NCBI GenBank assembly: GCA_963841435.1
Contig: CAWJCS010000006.1
Coordinates: forward strand, 320,001 to 384,000
Origin: an uncultured delta proteobacterium
GTDB lineage: Bacteria; Myxococcota_A; Polyangia; Polyangiales; Polyangiaceae
Length of the DNA stretch: 64,000 nucleotides
Direction: 5' to 3'
Made by a program: the position numbers and the translations under genes. This document shows, in pieces, positions 9,701 through 19,614 of this stretch; the stretch's first letter is position 1, and every line of letters begins with the position of its first letter. The notes beneath the pieces were generated by a model. It had not been told where the DNA came from. It worked only from the letters and a program-made list of their open reading frames with translations, and did no database searches.

Positions 9701-10938
9701 ACGAGCCGCCGCTCGTCGTCGTGGGAGCGGGTTTCGCCGGGACGGCGGCGGCATGGGCCGCCGTGCGTGCGGGCGCCCCCGTGAGGGTCGTGGACGATCG
9801 CGCGGGGCTCAGCGCCATCGCCTGCGGCGCGCTCGACCTCGAGCCGTGGCACGAAGGCGCCCCCGAGTCGCGCGACGACGCAGCGCTGCGGGACGCGACG
9901 CTCGCGAAGCTCGTCGAGGAGCTCGGCACCCTGCGCCTCGGCCGTCGCCGGATCGCCACGCGCGAAGGCGTCGTGCGCCCCGCGCTGGGCTCGGACCGCG
10001 CCCTGCTCGATCTCGAGCCGCTCGCGGGCAAGCGCATCGCGGTCGCCGATCTCGGGCGAGACGACTGGGACGCGCGGCTCGTCGCACGAGCGCTCGGCGC
10101 GAGCCCCTGGGCGGAGCGCACCCGCACGGCGTTCTTCTGCGTGCCGGTGCCGGCGCTGCGCGCCGGCTACGAGCGCCGCATCGCAGCCCACGACTTTGCC
10201 CTGCTTCACGACGACCCCGAACGCCGCCGCTCGCTCGCGCGCGTGCTCAAGGAAGCCGAAGGCGGCGCCGCCGCGTGGCTTCTCGGACCCTGGCTCGGCA
10301 TCGCCGAGGACGCCGCGCACGCCATCGCGGAGCTCATCGGCGTGCCGGTCGGCGAGACCACCTCGCCCATGGGTGGCGCCGCGGGGGCGCGCTTCGAGCG
10401 CTCCCGCGACGCGCTGTTCGGCGCGCTCGGTGTCGAACGGGTGCGCGCGCGCGTGCTCGGCGTTGCAAGGCGCGGCGAGCGGCTCGTGCTCACGCTCGAC
10501 GGCGAGCCCGGGACGCCCGCCGAGCTCGAAGCGCCGAGCGTCGTGCTCGCGACGGGCGGCGTGGGAGCGGGTGGTATCCTGCTTTCGTGGGCCCCCGGGG
10601 ACGGCGGCAAGACCTTCGCGCTCGGCTTCGAGGCACCCCTCGCTCTCGCCCTCCACGGCGAGCGGGTCGAGTCGGGCGGGTCCCTGTTCGGCCCCGGCCT
10701 GGAAAGCCAAGGATTCGGGATGCTCGAAAGTGTGGGCGTCGCCGCCGACCGCGAAGGCGCACCGCTCGGTTCCGACGAGGCGGCGCGCGGCCTGTACGTC
10801 GCGGGCGACATCGTGGCCGACCGGCCCCGCACGGCACTCAGAGCGTTGCAGGACGGTATCGCGGCGGGGTCGAGTGCCGCGCGCTTTCACGCGGAAGCGA
10901 GCGGCGCCGCCGTTGCTGCGCGGCGGCCCATGGGGTAA
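9697..10938 (+). CDS. glpB: Anaerobic glycerol-3-phosphate dehydrogenase subunit B-like flavoprotein
   Basis: VVGAGFAG; VVLATGG..GG; LYVAGD; 4-nt overlap with glpA. Confidence 0.72.
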   Translation: MNEPPLVVVGAGFAGTAAAWAAVRAGAPVRVVDDRAGLSAIACGALDLEPWHEGAPESRDDAALRDATLAKLVEELGTLRLGRRRIATREGVVRPALGSDRALLDLEPLAGKRIAVADLGRDDWDARLVARALGASPWAERTRTAFFCVPVPALRAGYERRIAAHDFALLHDDPERRRSLARVLKEAEGGAAAWLLGPWLGIAEDAAHAIAELIGVPVGETTSPMGGAAGARFERSRDALFGALGVERVRARVLGVARRGERLVLTLDGEPGTPAELEAPSVVLATGGVGAGGILLSWAPGDGGKTFALGFEAPLALALHGERVESGGSLFGPGLESQGFGMLESVGVAADREGAPLGSDEAARGLYVAGDIVADRPRTALRALQDGIAAGSSAARFHAEASGAAVAARRPMG

Positions 10939-10941
10939 CCG

Positions 10942-13677
10942 ATGAGCACCATGACCGAACGCGCTCTCGATTCGTTCAAGACCAAGACGGAGCTCAGCGT
11001 CGCCGGCAAGAGCTACGCGTATTTCAGCCTTCCCAAGCTTTCGGCCGCCGCCGGTCGGGACGTCGCTCGGCTGCCGTTCGCGCTGCGCATCTTGCTCGAG
11101 AACCTGCTGCGCAACGAGGACGGCAAGGCCGTCGAGAAAAAGGACATCGAGGCCGTGGTCGGCTGGAATCCGAAGGCCGCGCCCGAAGACGAGATCGCCT
11201 TCTATCCGGCCCGCGTCGTGCTTCAGGACTTCACGGGCGTCCCCGCCGTCGTCGATTTCGCGGCGATGCGCGACGCGATGGCAACGATGGGCGGCGACCC
11301 GAGAAAGATCAATCCGCTCTTTCCCGCCGAGCTCGTCATCGATCACTCGGTGCAGGTGGACTACTACGGCACCGTCGATGCCCTCGTGCGAAACACCAAG
11401 AACGAGTACGAGCGCAACCAGGAGCGCTACGTGCTGCTCCGCTGGGCACAGAATGCGTTCGACAATTTCCGCGTCGTGCCGCCTTCGACCGGCATCGTTC
11501 ACCAGGTCAACCTCGAGTACCTCGCGCGCGTCGTGTTCGACGAAAAGGGCGTCGCGTATCCGGACACGCTGGTCGGCACCGACAGCCACACCACCATGGT
11601 CAACGGCCTCGGCGTGCTCGGCTGGGGCGTCGGCGGCATCGAGGCCGAAGCCGCCATGCTCGGCCAGCCCATCAACCTGCTGGTTCCCGAGGTCGTCGGC
11701 GTGCGCCTGCACGGGACGCTACCCAGTGGGACCACGGCGACCGACCTCGTGCTCACCATCACGCGCCTCTTGCGTGACCACGGTGTGGTCGGCAAATTCG
11801 TCGAGTTCTTCGGCGAAGGTCTGACGGGCCTGCCGCTCGCCGATCGCGCGACGATCGGCAACATGAGCCCGGAGTTCGGCTCGACGTGCGCCATCTTCCC
11901 CATCGACGCCGAGACCATCACGTACCTCAAGCTCACGGGTCGCAGCGCCGAGCGCGTGGCCCTCGTCGAGGCGTACGCGAAGGCGCAGGGCCTGTTCCGC
12001 GAGAAGGGGGCGCCCGATCCGGTCTTCTCGCAGACGGTCGAGCTCGACCTCGCGAGCGTCGTGCCGACACTCGCCGGGCCGCGCCGCCCGCACGACAAGG
12101 TGCCGCTCACCGGCGTCAAGGCGGCGTTCGCGAAGGCGCTGCCCGAAATGGCGGCCCAGGCGCGCGCCAAGGGCAAGGGCGCGGCCGCGGCGCCGCCGAG
12201 TGCAGAAGAGCTCGCCGTCACGGTGCCGGCCACGCTCGGCGGAAAATCGTTCTCGGTCGGTCACGGCAGCGTCGTCATCGCGGCCATCACCTCGTGCACC
12301 AACACTTCCAACCCGTACGTGCTCGTCGGGGCGGGCTTGCTCGCGAAGAAAGCCGTCGCGCTCGGCCTTCTGCCCAAGCCCTGGGTGAAGACGAGCCTCG
12401 CCCCCGGCTCCAAGGTCGTCACCGAATATCTGCGCAATTCCGGGCTGCTCAGCGAGCTCGAGACGGTGGGCTTCAACGTCGTCGGCTACGGCTGCACCAC
12501 GTGCATCGGCAACAGCGGTCCTCTGCCCGAGCCCGTGAGCAAGGCGATCGGCGAGGGGAGCCTCGTCGCGGTGAGCGTGCTCAGCGGCAACCGCAACTTC
12601 GAAGGCCGCATCAGCCCCGACGTGCGCGCGAACTTCCTCGCCTCGCCGCCGCTCGTCGTTGCGTTCGCGCTCGCGGGGCGCATCGACATCGACTTCGACG
12701 CCGAGCCGATCGGCAAGAGCAAGCACGGAAAAGACGTGTTCTTGAAGGACGTCTGGCCCGCGCCGTCCGAGGTCGCCGCGATCGTGCAAGAATACGTCAC
12801 GGCGGAGGCCTACGAGAAGGAGTACGCCAACGTCTTTCTGGGTGACGAGCGCTGGCGCGCCGTGCCCGTCCCCGAGGGCGATCGCTTCGCCTGGGCACCC
12901 GAGAGCACCTACGTGAGGAAGCCCACGTTCTTCGAGGGCATGAGCCTCGAGCCCGCGCCGCTCGCCGACATCGTGGGTGCGCGCTCTCTCGCCGTGCTCG
13001 GCGATTCGGTCACGACCGATCACATCTCGCCGGCCGGCAACATCGCCAAGGCCTCGGAGGCGGCGAAGTACCTCACGGACCACGGCATCAAACCCTCGGA
13101 TTTCAACCAATACGGTGCGCGCCGCGGCAACCACGAGGTCATGATGCGCGGCACGTTCGCGAACGTGCGGCTCAAGAACCTGCTCGTGCCCGGCGTGGAG
13201 GGCCCCGTGACGCGCTTCTTGCCGACCAACGAGCAGACGAGCATCTTCGACGCCGCGCAGAAGTACCAGGCCGCGGGAACGCCGCTTCTGATCCTCGCGG
13301 GCAAGGAGTACGGCTCCGGCTCCTCGCGCGACTGGGCGGCGAAGGGCACCTTCATGCTGGGCGTGCGGGCCGTCATCGCCGAATCGTACGAGCGCATCCA
13401 TCGCAGCAACCTCATCGGCATGGGCGTCTTGCCGTTGCAGTTCCTGTCGGGTGAGTCGCGCGAATCGCTCGGCTTGAGCGGCGAGGAAACGTTCGCCATC
13501 GAGGGGCTCGCCTCCGGCCTCGCGCCGCGCACCAAGCTCAGCGTGAGCGCCACCGACGCGAGCGGCAAAAAGAAGCAGTTCTCCGTGCTCGCGCGCATCG
13601 ATACCGCCGTCGAGCTCGACTACTACAAGCACGGCGGCATCCTGCAGTACGTGCTGCGCCAGCTCGTCGCCGCCTGA
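10942..13677 (+). CDS. acnA: Aconitate hydratase A
   Basis: LQDFTGVPAVVD, GIVHQVNLE, GTDSHT, AAITSCTNTSNP, GYGCTTCIGNSG, GSGSSRDWAAKG; 911 aa. Confidence 0.97.
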   Translation: MSTMTERALDSFKTKTELSVAGKSYAYFSLPKLSAAAGRDVARLPFALRILLENLLRNEDGKAVEKKDIEAVVGWNPKAAPEDEIAFYPARVVLQDFTGVPAVVDFAAMRDAMATMGGDPRKINPLFPAELVIDHSVQVDYYGTVDALVRNTKNEYERNQERYVLLRWAQNAFDNFRVVPPSTGIVHQVNLEYLARVVFDEKGVAYPDTLVGTDSHTTMVNGLGVLGWGVGGIEAEAAMLGQPINLLVPEVVGVRLHGTLPSGTTATDLVLTITRLLRDHGVVGKFVEFFGEGLTGLPLADRATIGNMSPEFGSTCAIFPIDAETITYLKLTGRSAERVALVEAYAKAQGLFREKGAPDPVFSQTVELDLASVVPTLAGPRRPHDKVPLTGVKAAFAKALPEMAAQARAKGKGAAAAPPSAEELAVTVPATLGGKSFSVGHGSVVIAAITSCTNTSNPYVLVGAGLLAKKAVALGLLPKPWVKTSLAPGSKVVTEYLRNSGLLSELETVGFNVVGYGCTTCIGNSGPLPEPVSKAIGEGSLVAVSVLSGNRNFEGRISPDVRANFLASPPLVVAFALAGRIDIDFDAEPIGKSKHGKDVFLKDVWPAPSEVAAIVQEYVTAEAYEKEYANVFLGDERWRAVPVPEGDRFAWAPESTYVRKPTFFEGMSLEPAPLADIVGARSLAVLGDSVTTDHISPAGNIAKASEAAKYLTDHGIKPSDFNQYGARRGNHEVMMRGTFANVRLKNLLVPGVEGPVTRFLPTNEQTSIFDAAQKYQAAGTPLLILAGKEYGSGSSRDWAAKGTFMLGVRAVIAESYERIHRSNLIGMGVLPLQFLSGESRESLGLSGEETFAIEGLASGLAPRTKLSVSATDASGKKKQFSVLARIDTAVELDYYKHGGILQYVLRQLVAA

Positions 13678-13695
13678 CGGCGAACAGCGTCGCCG
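13678..13695. terminator. GC hairpin between convergent acnA and P450 genes
   Basis: CGGCGA-N6-TCGCCG immediately after the acnA stop; no U-tract. Confidence 0.3.
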
Positions 13696-13726
13696 CGTGC
13701 TCGGCGCGGTCCATCGCGGCGCGAGG

Positions 13727-15079
13727 CTACTCCGCCGCCGCCACGGCCGGCCCGCTGCGCTTCTTCAAGCGGAGCGGCACCTTGCTCTTCGGTCGTAGCG
13801 TGATCACGGGTCCGAGCTCCGGCGGTGCGGTGCTCGTGGCCTCGAGCACGTACGACTGGCTCAAGCGTGCGACGACGAACACGAGCTCGAGCATGGCGAA
13901 ATGCTGGCCGATGCACACGCGCGGCCCGCCCCCGAACGGAAAGTAGGCAAAACGCGGGAGGTTTTTGCACTCGTCGTTCAAGAAGCGTTCGGGGCGGAAG
14001 CGCTCGGGCTCTCGGAACCAGCGCGGATCGCGCTGCACCACCCACTGGCTAGCGAGCACCTGCGTGCCGCGCTCGAGCCTGATGCCCCCGACCTCGAGGT
14101 CGTCCGCCGCGAGTCGCCCCATGCTCCACGCCGGCGGGTACAGACGCAGCGACTCCTTGACGACGGCGCCCGTGAAGCGGAGCCGTTCGAGATCCTTCTC
14201 GCCCGGTACGCGCCCGCCGAGCACTTCATCCACCTCGGCGACGAGCCGCGCATACTCGTCGGGATTCGCGGCCAGCAGCCACAGCGTGTAGGTGAGCGCG
14301 AGCGCGGTGGTCTCGTGGCCCGCCAAAAAGAGCGTCATCGTCTCTTCGAGCAGCTCCTTGTCGGAGAGGCTCGTTCCGTCCTCGTGCCTGAGCGCGATGA
14401 GATGCGAGAGCAGATCCTCTCCGGGCGTGCGGCGCTTCTCGTGGACGATCTCGAGGACGATCTCGTCGAGCCGTGCTCGCGCGTCACCGATGCGTCGCAC
14501 GGGAGCGAGCGGCACCCAGCGTGGCAAAAAGGCGCGAAAAGTCTGCCACAGCAGCTGATAGTCGCGCGTGACACCCGCGAGCGTCTGCTCGACCTCGTCG
14601 TAGCGCGAGAGCCGGGCACCGAACAGCGCTCTGACGACGATGTCGAGCGTGAGGTGCATGGCTTCCTGGTACACGTCGCGCGTCTCGCCGTCGGCAAAGG
14701 TCGTGAGGGCGTGGTCGGTGCAATCGACCATCGTGCTCGCGTAGTGGCCGAGGCCATGCGGCTGGAAGGTCCCCGCCACGAGCTTGCGCTTCTTCTTCCA
14801 GATGTCGCCTTCGGCCGTCAGCAGGCCCTCGCCGAGCAGCATGCCGAGGTCCTTGGTGAAGAAATCCTTCACGAGCGCGCCCCGGCTCAAGAGCACCTGC
14901 TCGATGACGTCGGGAGCGAACGCGAGCACGTAGCGCCGCTTGAGCTGCTGGAACTCGACGAGATCGCCGTGCAGGCGGTGTGCCTCCTCGAAGGCCGCGA
15001 GCGGCGACGCCGCGAAGTGCATGAGCCCGCGAAACCCGGAGAGCTCCGGCGAGCGGGCGAGGGTGGCTTTCTGGCTCAT
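13727..15079 (-). CDS. Cytochrome P450
   Basis: AGHETT, KESLRLYPP (ExxR), FRPERF, FGGGPRVCIG heme-thiolate motif. Confidence 0.95.
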   Translation of the reverse strand: MSQKATLARSPELSGFRGLMHFAASPLAAFEEAHRLHGDLVEFQQLKRRYVLAFAPDVIEQVLLSRGALVKDFFTKDLGMLLGEGLLTAEGDIWKKKRKLVAGTFQPHGLGHYASTMVDCTDHALTTFADGETRDVYQEAMHLTLDIVVRALFGARLSRYDEVEQTLAGVTRDYQLLWQTFRAFLPRWVPLAPVRRIGDARARLDEIVLEIVHEKRRTPGEDLLSHLIALRHEDGTSLSDKELLEETMTLFLAGHETTALALTYTLWLLAANPDEYARLVAEVDEVLGGRVPGEKDLERLRFTGAVVKESLRLYPPAWSMGRLAADDLEVGGIRLERGTQVLASQWVVQRDPRWFREPERFRPERFLNDECKNLPRFAYFPFGGGPRVCIGQHFAMLELVFVVARLSQSYVLEATSTAPPELGPVITLRPKSKVPLRLKKRSGPAVAAAE

Positions 15080-15972
15080 GGCGTGGCTCCCATCTCCTGG
15101 ACCAGCAGATCGACGAAGGCTCGCGCGGGCAGCGAAAGCTCGTGGCGCTTTCGGTGCACGATGCCGACCGGTCGCGTGAGCTTCTGGTCGGCGAGGCGCA
15201 GCGTCACGAGCGTCCCGGCTCGCACCTCGTTCTTCACCGTCGCCTCGGGCACGATCGAGATCCCTAGCCCTGCTTCGACGGAGCGCTTGATGGTCTCGAT
15301 GTTGTCGAACTCGGTGGCGATCGTCACGCGCGTGTGGTGGCGCCGTAAGGCACGATCGATGGCTCGCCGCGTGGGCACGGCGCGGTCGAAGGCGACGAAC
15401 GCCTCGCCCGAGAGCGCCTTCGTGGGCACGGTATGGCGCCGCGCGAAGCGATGCTCCGGGCTCGTGACGAGCACGAGCTCCTCATCCCTGAGCGGGATGA
15501 CCTCGAGCTTGCGGCGGTGGGAAGGGAACGCCACGATGCCGAGGTCGATGGTACCAGCCAGGCACGCCTCGACCACCCGATCCGTACGGCTGTACTCGAC
15601 CTGAATCGCGACGCGCGGGTGGCGGCGCAAGAACTCCTTCACGTGCGGGGGAAGCGCGTGCAGGCCCACGCTGTACACGGTCGCCACCCTGACGGTTCCC
15701 GCCATCCCCGAGCCGGGCTTCCTCAGGCGGTCCTCCAAAAGGCGCATGCGCTCCAGAATCGCCTTGCTCTCGGTGTAGACGAGCCGACCGGCCTCGGTGG
15801 GCGTCACCCCGAGCGGGCCACCACGCTCGACGAGTCGCTCGCGAAATCGCTCCTCGAGCGAACGGACCTTCTGACTCACGGCCGACTGGCTCACGAAGTT
15901 GAGCTCGGCGGCCCGAGTGAAGCTGCCCGTTTCGCAGAGGTCACAGAAGGCTTTCAGGGTCTCGAGCTGCAT
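15076..15972 (-). CDS. LysR-family transcriptional regulator (CysL-like)
   Basis: GSFTRAAELNFVSQSAVSQKVRSLE HTH; ETIKRSVEAGLGISIV. Confidence 0.95.
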   Translation of the reverse strand: MQLETLKAFCDLCETGSFTRAAELNFVSQSAVSQKVRSLEERFRERLVERGGPLGVTPTEAGRLVYTESKAILERMRLLEDRLRKPGSGMAGTVRVATVYSVGLHALPPHVKEFLRRHPRVAIQVEYSRTDRVVEACLAGTIDLGIVAFPSHRRKLEVIPLRDEELVLVTSPEHRFARRHTVPTKALSGEAFVAFDRAVPTRRAIDRALRRHHTRVTIATEFDNIETIKRSVEAGLGISIVPEATVKNEVRAGTLVTLRLADQKLTRPVGIVHRKRHELSLPARAFVDLLVQEMGATP

Positions 15973-15985
15973 TAGATTTTCTAAT
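15971..15985. promoter_or_regulatory. LysR operator ATTA-N7-TAAT (T-N11-A) in the divergent LysR/sdh promoter; weaker copy at 16002-16016
   Basis: ATTAG-ATTTT-CTAAT perfect inverted repeat in an AT-rich island overlapping the LysR start codon. Confidence 0.75.
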
Positions 15986-16044
15986 ATTGTAATGGAAACT
16001 TTTGAATTGGACTAATGTTGCCGGACGCCCTAAGAAACCGGGGC

Positions 16045-16878
16045 ATGACGATGCGTCAGCTTCCCGTGCTCGGGGGCCACCCGACCACGCTCGGGGGCAC
16101 CCTCCGCTCGGACGCGTGGTGGGTCGGCCCGCTCATCACGTTGGTCGTGTTCTCGGGCTTCATCGTGTACGCGACCTTCCGCGTGTTCGAAGGCGCGCAC
16201 TACTACGCCGAGCCCTACCTCACGCCGTTCTACTCGCCGCTCTTGTTCACGAATCTGAGCGCGCCGGGCGCGGCGCCGCTCGAGCACGCGTGGTTCGGCG
16301 AGTGGCCGAAGTGGTGGCCCGAGTTCGCGCTGACGCCGGCGTCGCCCGCGCTGCTCATCCTGCCGTTTCCCGCGCTGTTCCGCTTCACCTGTTACTACTA
16401 CCGCAAGGCGTACTACCGGGCCTTCGCCGGCTCGCCTCCCGGTTGCGCCGTGAGTCCCGGAAAGCGCTCTCGTTACACTGGGGAGACGGGCCTGTTCCTG
16501 TTCCAGAATCTCCACCGCTACGTGCTCTACTTCGCGCTCGCCTACATCGTCATCCTCGGATACGACGCGGCATTGAGCTTCTCGAAAGGCGGCGAGCTCG
16601 GCATCGGCTTGGGCAGCGTGCTGCTCACCCTGAATACGGTGCTGATCGGCGCGTATACCTGCGGCTGCCACGCGTTCCGACACCTGATCGGCGGCCGGAA
16701 GGATTGCATGTCGTGCGGGGAAAACACCCTGAGCTATCGCGGCTGGAAGGCCGTGAGCTTCCTGAATGCGCGGCACATGGGTTGGGCCTGGGTGAGCCTG
16801 TTCTCCGTTGCGTTGACCGATCTCTACATCCGGATGGTCAGCATGGGCGTGATCACCGATCCGAATACCTGGAACTAA
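16045..16878 (+). CDS. Succinate dehydrogenase membrane anchor, mycobacterial Sdh1 (Rv0249c)-like
   Basis: Multi-TM; YLTPFYSP, FRFTCYYYRKAYYRAF, QNLHRY, GCHAFRH, NARHMGWAW; precedes sdhAB. Confidence 0.8.
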   Translation: MTMRQLPVLGGHPTTLGGTLRSDAWWVGPLITLVVFSGFIVYATFRVFEGAHYYAEPYLTPFYSPLLFTNLSAPGAAPLEHAWFGEWPKWWPEFALTPASPALLILPFPALFRFTCYYYRKAYYRAFAGSPPGCAVSPGKRSRYTGETGLFLFQNLHRYVLYFALAYIVILGYDAALSFSKGGELGIGLGSVLLTLNTVLIGAYTCGCHAFRHLIGGRKDCMSCGENTLSYRGWKAVSFLNARHMGWAWVSLFSVALTDLYIRMVSMGVITDPNTWN

Positions 16879-16884
16879 CGAACC

Positions 16885-18738
16885 ATGCTGGACGTTTCCG
16901 AGCTGAAGACGGTCGAGGTCAACGTGGTGGTGGTCGGTGCCGGAGGCGCAGGCCTGCGCGCCGCCATCGAGTCGAGCGCGCAGGGCATGAAGACGGTGGT
17001 GCTCTCGAAGAGCCTCCTCGGTAAGGCCCACACGGTGATGGCCGAGGGCGGCATGGCGGCCTCGCTCGGCAATGCCGATAAGCGTGACAACTGGAAGGTG
17101 CACTTTCGCGACACCATGCGCGGCGGCAAATTCCTCAACGTGTGGCGCATGGCGGAGCTCCACGCCAAGCACGCCTCGGCGCGCGTGAGGGAGCTGGAGG
17201 AATGGGGCGCGGTCTTCGATCGCACCAAGGAAGGGCTCATCAGCCAGCGCAACTTCGGCGGCCACCGCTACGCGAGGCTCGCGCACGTCGGCGATCGCAC
17301 GGGCTTGGAGTTGATCCGCACGCTGCAAGATCACGGCGTGCACCAGGGCATCGATTTTCAGATGGAGTGCACGGCGCTTGCGCTCTTGAAGGACGGCGAG
17401 CGCATCGCGGGCGTCCTTGCGTACTACCGGGAAACCGGGCGATTCTTGCTGCTCCGCGCGCGCGCCGTGATCCTCGCGACGGGCGGCGGCGGCAAGGCGT
17501 GGCGCGTCACCTCGAACTCCTGGGAGTACACGGGCGACGGCGCGTACCTCGCCTACGAGGCCGGTGCCGAGCTGATGGACCTCGAGTTCACCCAGTTTCA
17601 CCCCACCGGCATGGTTTGGCCGCTCAGCGTGCGCGGCATCCTCGTGACCGAGGGCGTGCGCGGCGACGGCGGCATCCTCGTCAACAACGAAGGCAAGCGC
17701 TTCATGTTCGGCTACATCCCCGAGCGCTTTGCGTCCGAGACCGCCGACAGCGTCGAGGAAGCGACGCGCTGGCTCGACGGTGACAAGGGCGCGCGGCGCC
17801 CGCCGGAGCTCTTGACGCGCGACGTCGTGGCGCGGTCGATTCGCGCCGAGGTGAAGGCAGGGCGTGGCTCGCCGCACGGCGGTGCGTTTCTCGACATCGC
17901 GAGTCGCCGACCCGCCGAGTTCATCAAGCGGCGCTTGCCCGGCATGTACCATCAGTTCATGGAGCTCGCGGAGGTCGACATCACCAAGGAGCCGATGGAA
18001 GTGGGGCCGACGCTCCACTATTTCATGGGCGGCATACGCGTCGACGCCGACACGCAGATGACCCGTGTGCCCGGACTTTTCGCCTGTGGTGAGTGCAGCG
18101 CAGGGATGCACGGAGCGAATCGCCTCGGCGGCAACTCCCTCTCCGACCTCGTCGTCTTCGGCCGTCTCGCCGGCAGCGGCGCCGCCGACTACGTGCGCTC
18201 GCTATCGGCGAGCCCCCGCGCCGACGACGAGCAGATCAAATTCGCCATTCGCGGCGCCACCGACATCCTGAACCGTGAAAGCGGGGAGAACCCCTACGGC
18301 CTCCACGACGAGCTACAGACCGTGATGGAGGAGGGCGTCGGTATCGTTCGCACCGAGGACGAGCTCAAACAGGGCATCTCGGGCATCGAAGCGCTCACCG
18401 AGCGTGCCAAGAACATGAAGGCCGTCGGTACGAGCCAGTACAACCCCGGCTGGCACGAAGCGCTCAGCATGCGCTCGCTGCTCGTCACGGCGGAGGCCGT
18501 GGCTCGCGGCGCGCTCCTCCGCCAGGAGAGCCGCGGCGCGCACACCCGCATCGACTACGAGGGCGAGCGCGACGAATGGCTCAAGGTCAACATCGTGTCC
18601 CGCAAGGGCAAGGACGGCCACATGGAGGTCGAGAAGGTCGAGCGGCCCGCTCCCGCCGCCTACCTTTCGGCCATCGCGAACGCGAAGATCGAGGATCTCG
18701 AGGCCGGAAAGGTCGGCGCCGACGCGCCCGAGGATTGA
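16885..18738 (+). CDS. sdhA: Succinate dehydrogenase/fumarate reductase flavoprotein
   Basis: VVGAGGAG, KAHTVMAEGG, QFHPTG, TEGVRGDGG, HYFMGG, HGANRLGGNSL, ESRGAH. Confidence 0.93.
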   Translation: MLDVSELKTVEVNVVVVGAGGAGLRAAIESSAQGMKTVVLSKSLLGKAHTVMAEGGMAASLGNADKRDNWKVHFRDTMRGGKFLNVWRMAELHAKHASARVRELEEWGAVFDRTKEGLISQRNFGGHRYARLAHVGDRTGLELIRTLQDHGVHQGIDFQMECTALALLKDGERIAGVLAYYRETGRFLLLRARAVILATGGGGKAWRVTSNSWEYTGDGAYLAYEAGAELMDLEFTQFHPTGMVWPLSVRGILVTEGVRGDGGILVNNEGKRFMFGYIPERFASETADSVEEATRWLDGDKGARRPPELLTRDVVARSIRAEVKAGRGSPHGGAFLDIASRRPAEFIKRRLPGMYHQFMELAEVDITKEPMEVGPTLHYFMGGIRVDADTQMTRVPGLFACGECSAGMHGANRLGGNSLSDLVVFGRLAGSGAADYVRSLSASPRADDEQIKFAIRGATDILNRESGENPYGLHDELQTVMEEGVGIVRTEDELKQGISGIEALTERAKNMKAVGTSQYNPGWHEALSMRSLLVTAEAVARGALLRQESRGAHTRIDYEGERDEWLKVNIVSRKGKDGHMEVEKVERPAPAAYLSAIANAKIEDLEAGKVGADAPED

Positions 18739-18769
18739 AAACCAAGATTTGGAGCAGCGCGAACAAGAC

Positions 18770-19525
18770 ATGACCACCAGACGAAAGTTCCGCATCTGGC
18801 GCGGCGACAAAGAAGGCGGCGATTTCAAGGATTTCGACGTCAACGTCGATCCGGGCATGGTCGTGCTCGACGTTTTGCACCGCGTTCAGTCGGAGCAGGC
18901 GAACGATCTGGCGATTCGCTGGAACTGCAAGGCCGGGAAATGCGGCTCTTGCAGCATGGAGATCAACGGCCGGCCGCGGCTCGCGTGCATGACGCGCATG
19001 AACGCGTACGGCCCCGACGAGACCATCACTGTCCAGCCGCTCAAGACGTTCCCCGTGATCAAGGATCTCGTGACGGACGTCTCCTGGAACTACGCACAGA
19101 ACAAGCGCATCCGGCCGCTCAAGCCCAAGCCGCGCGACGCCGACGGCGAGCACCGCATGTATCAGGAAGACGTCGATCGCGTGCAGGAGTTCCGCAAGTG
19201 CATCGAGTGCTACCTCTGCCAGGACACGTGTCACGTCTTACGTGACCGCGACGGTCAAGACCGCTTCGTGGGGCCGCGCTTCATGATTCGCCTCGCGAGC
19301 CTCGAGATGCACCCGCTCGACGAGGACGACCGCATTCCGGAGATCCGGAAGGAGTTCGGCTCCGGCATGTGCAACATCACGCGCTGTTGCACCGAGGTGT
19401 GCCCAGAGCACATCAACATCACGGACAACGGCATCATTCCGCTGAAGGAGCGCGTCGTGGACCGCTACTTCGACCCGATCGTGTATCTCGGACAGAAGCT
19501 CTTCGGCATCAGCAAGCGCCGCTAA
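18770..19525 (+). CDS. sdhB: Succinate dehydrogenase/fumarate reductase iron-sulfur subunit
   Basis: CKAGKCGSC..LAC; CIECYLCQDTC; CNITRCCTEVCP. Confidence 0.93.
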   Translation: MTTRRKFRIWRGDKEGGDFKDFDVNVDPGMVVLDVLHRVQSEQANDLAIRWNCKAGKCGSCSMEINGRPRLACMTRMNAYGPDETITVQPLKTFPVIKDLVTDVSWNYAQNKRIRPLKPKPRDADGEHRMYQEDVDRVQEFRKCIECYLCQDTCHVLRDRDGQDRFVGPRFMIRLASLEMHPLDEDDRIPEIRKEFGSGMCNITRCCTEVCPEHINITDNGIIPLKERVVDRYFDPIVYLGQKLFGISKRR

Positions 19526-19614
19526 TTCTGCACGCCTGCCCCGCGTACGACGCCGGGGGGCGAAAATTTGATTCGTTGGGGCATGAGGCTGCCGAGGGAA
19601 CGGGCTTAGCTCCG

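Noticed and set aside
9391..18111. Long antisense or alternate-frame ORFs (e.g. 9391..11712, 11719..13632, 16030..18111)
   Set aside because: Shadow ORFs expected from stop-codon scarcity in high-GC DNA opposite well-supported genes
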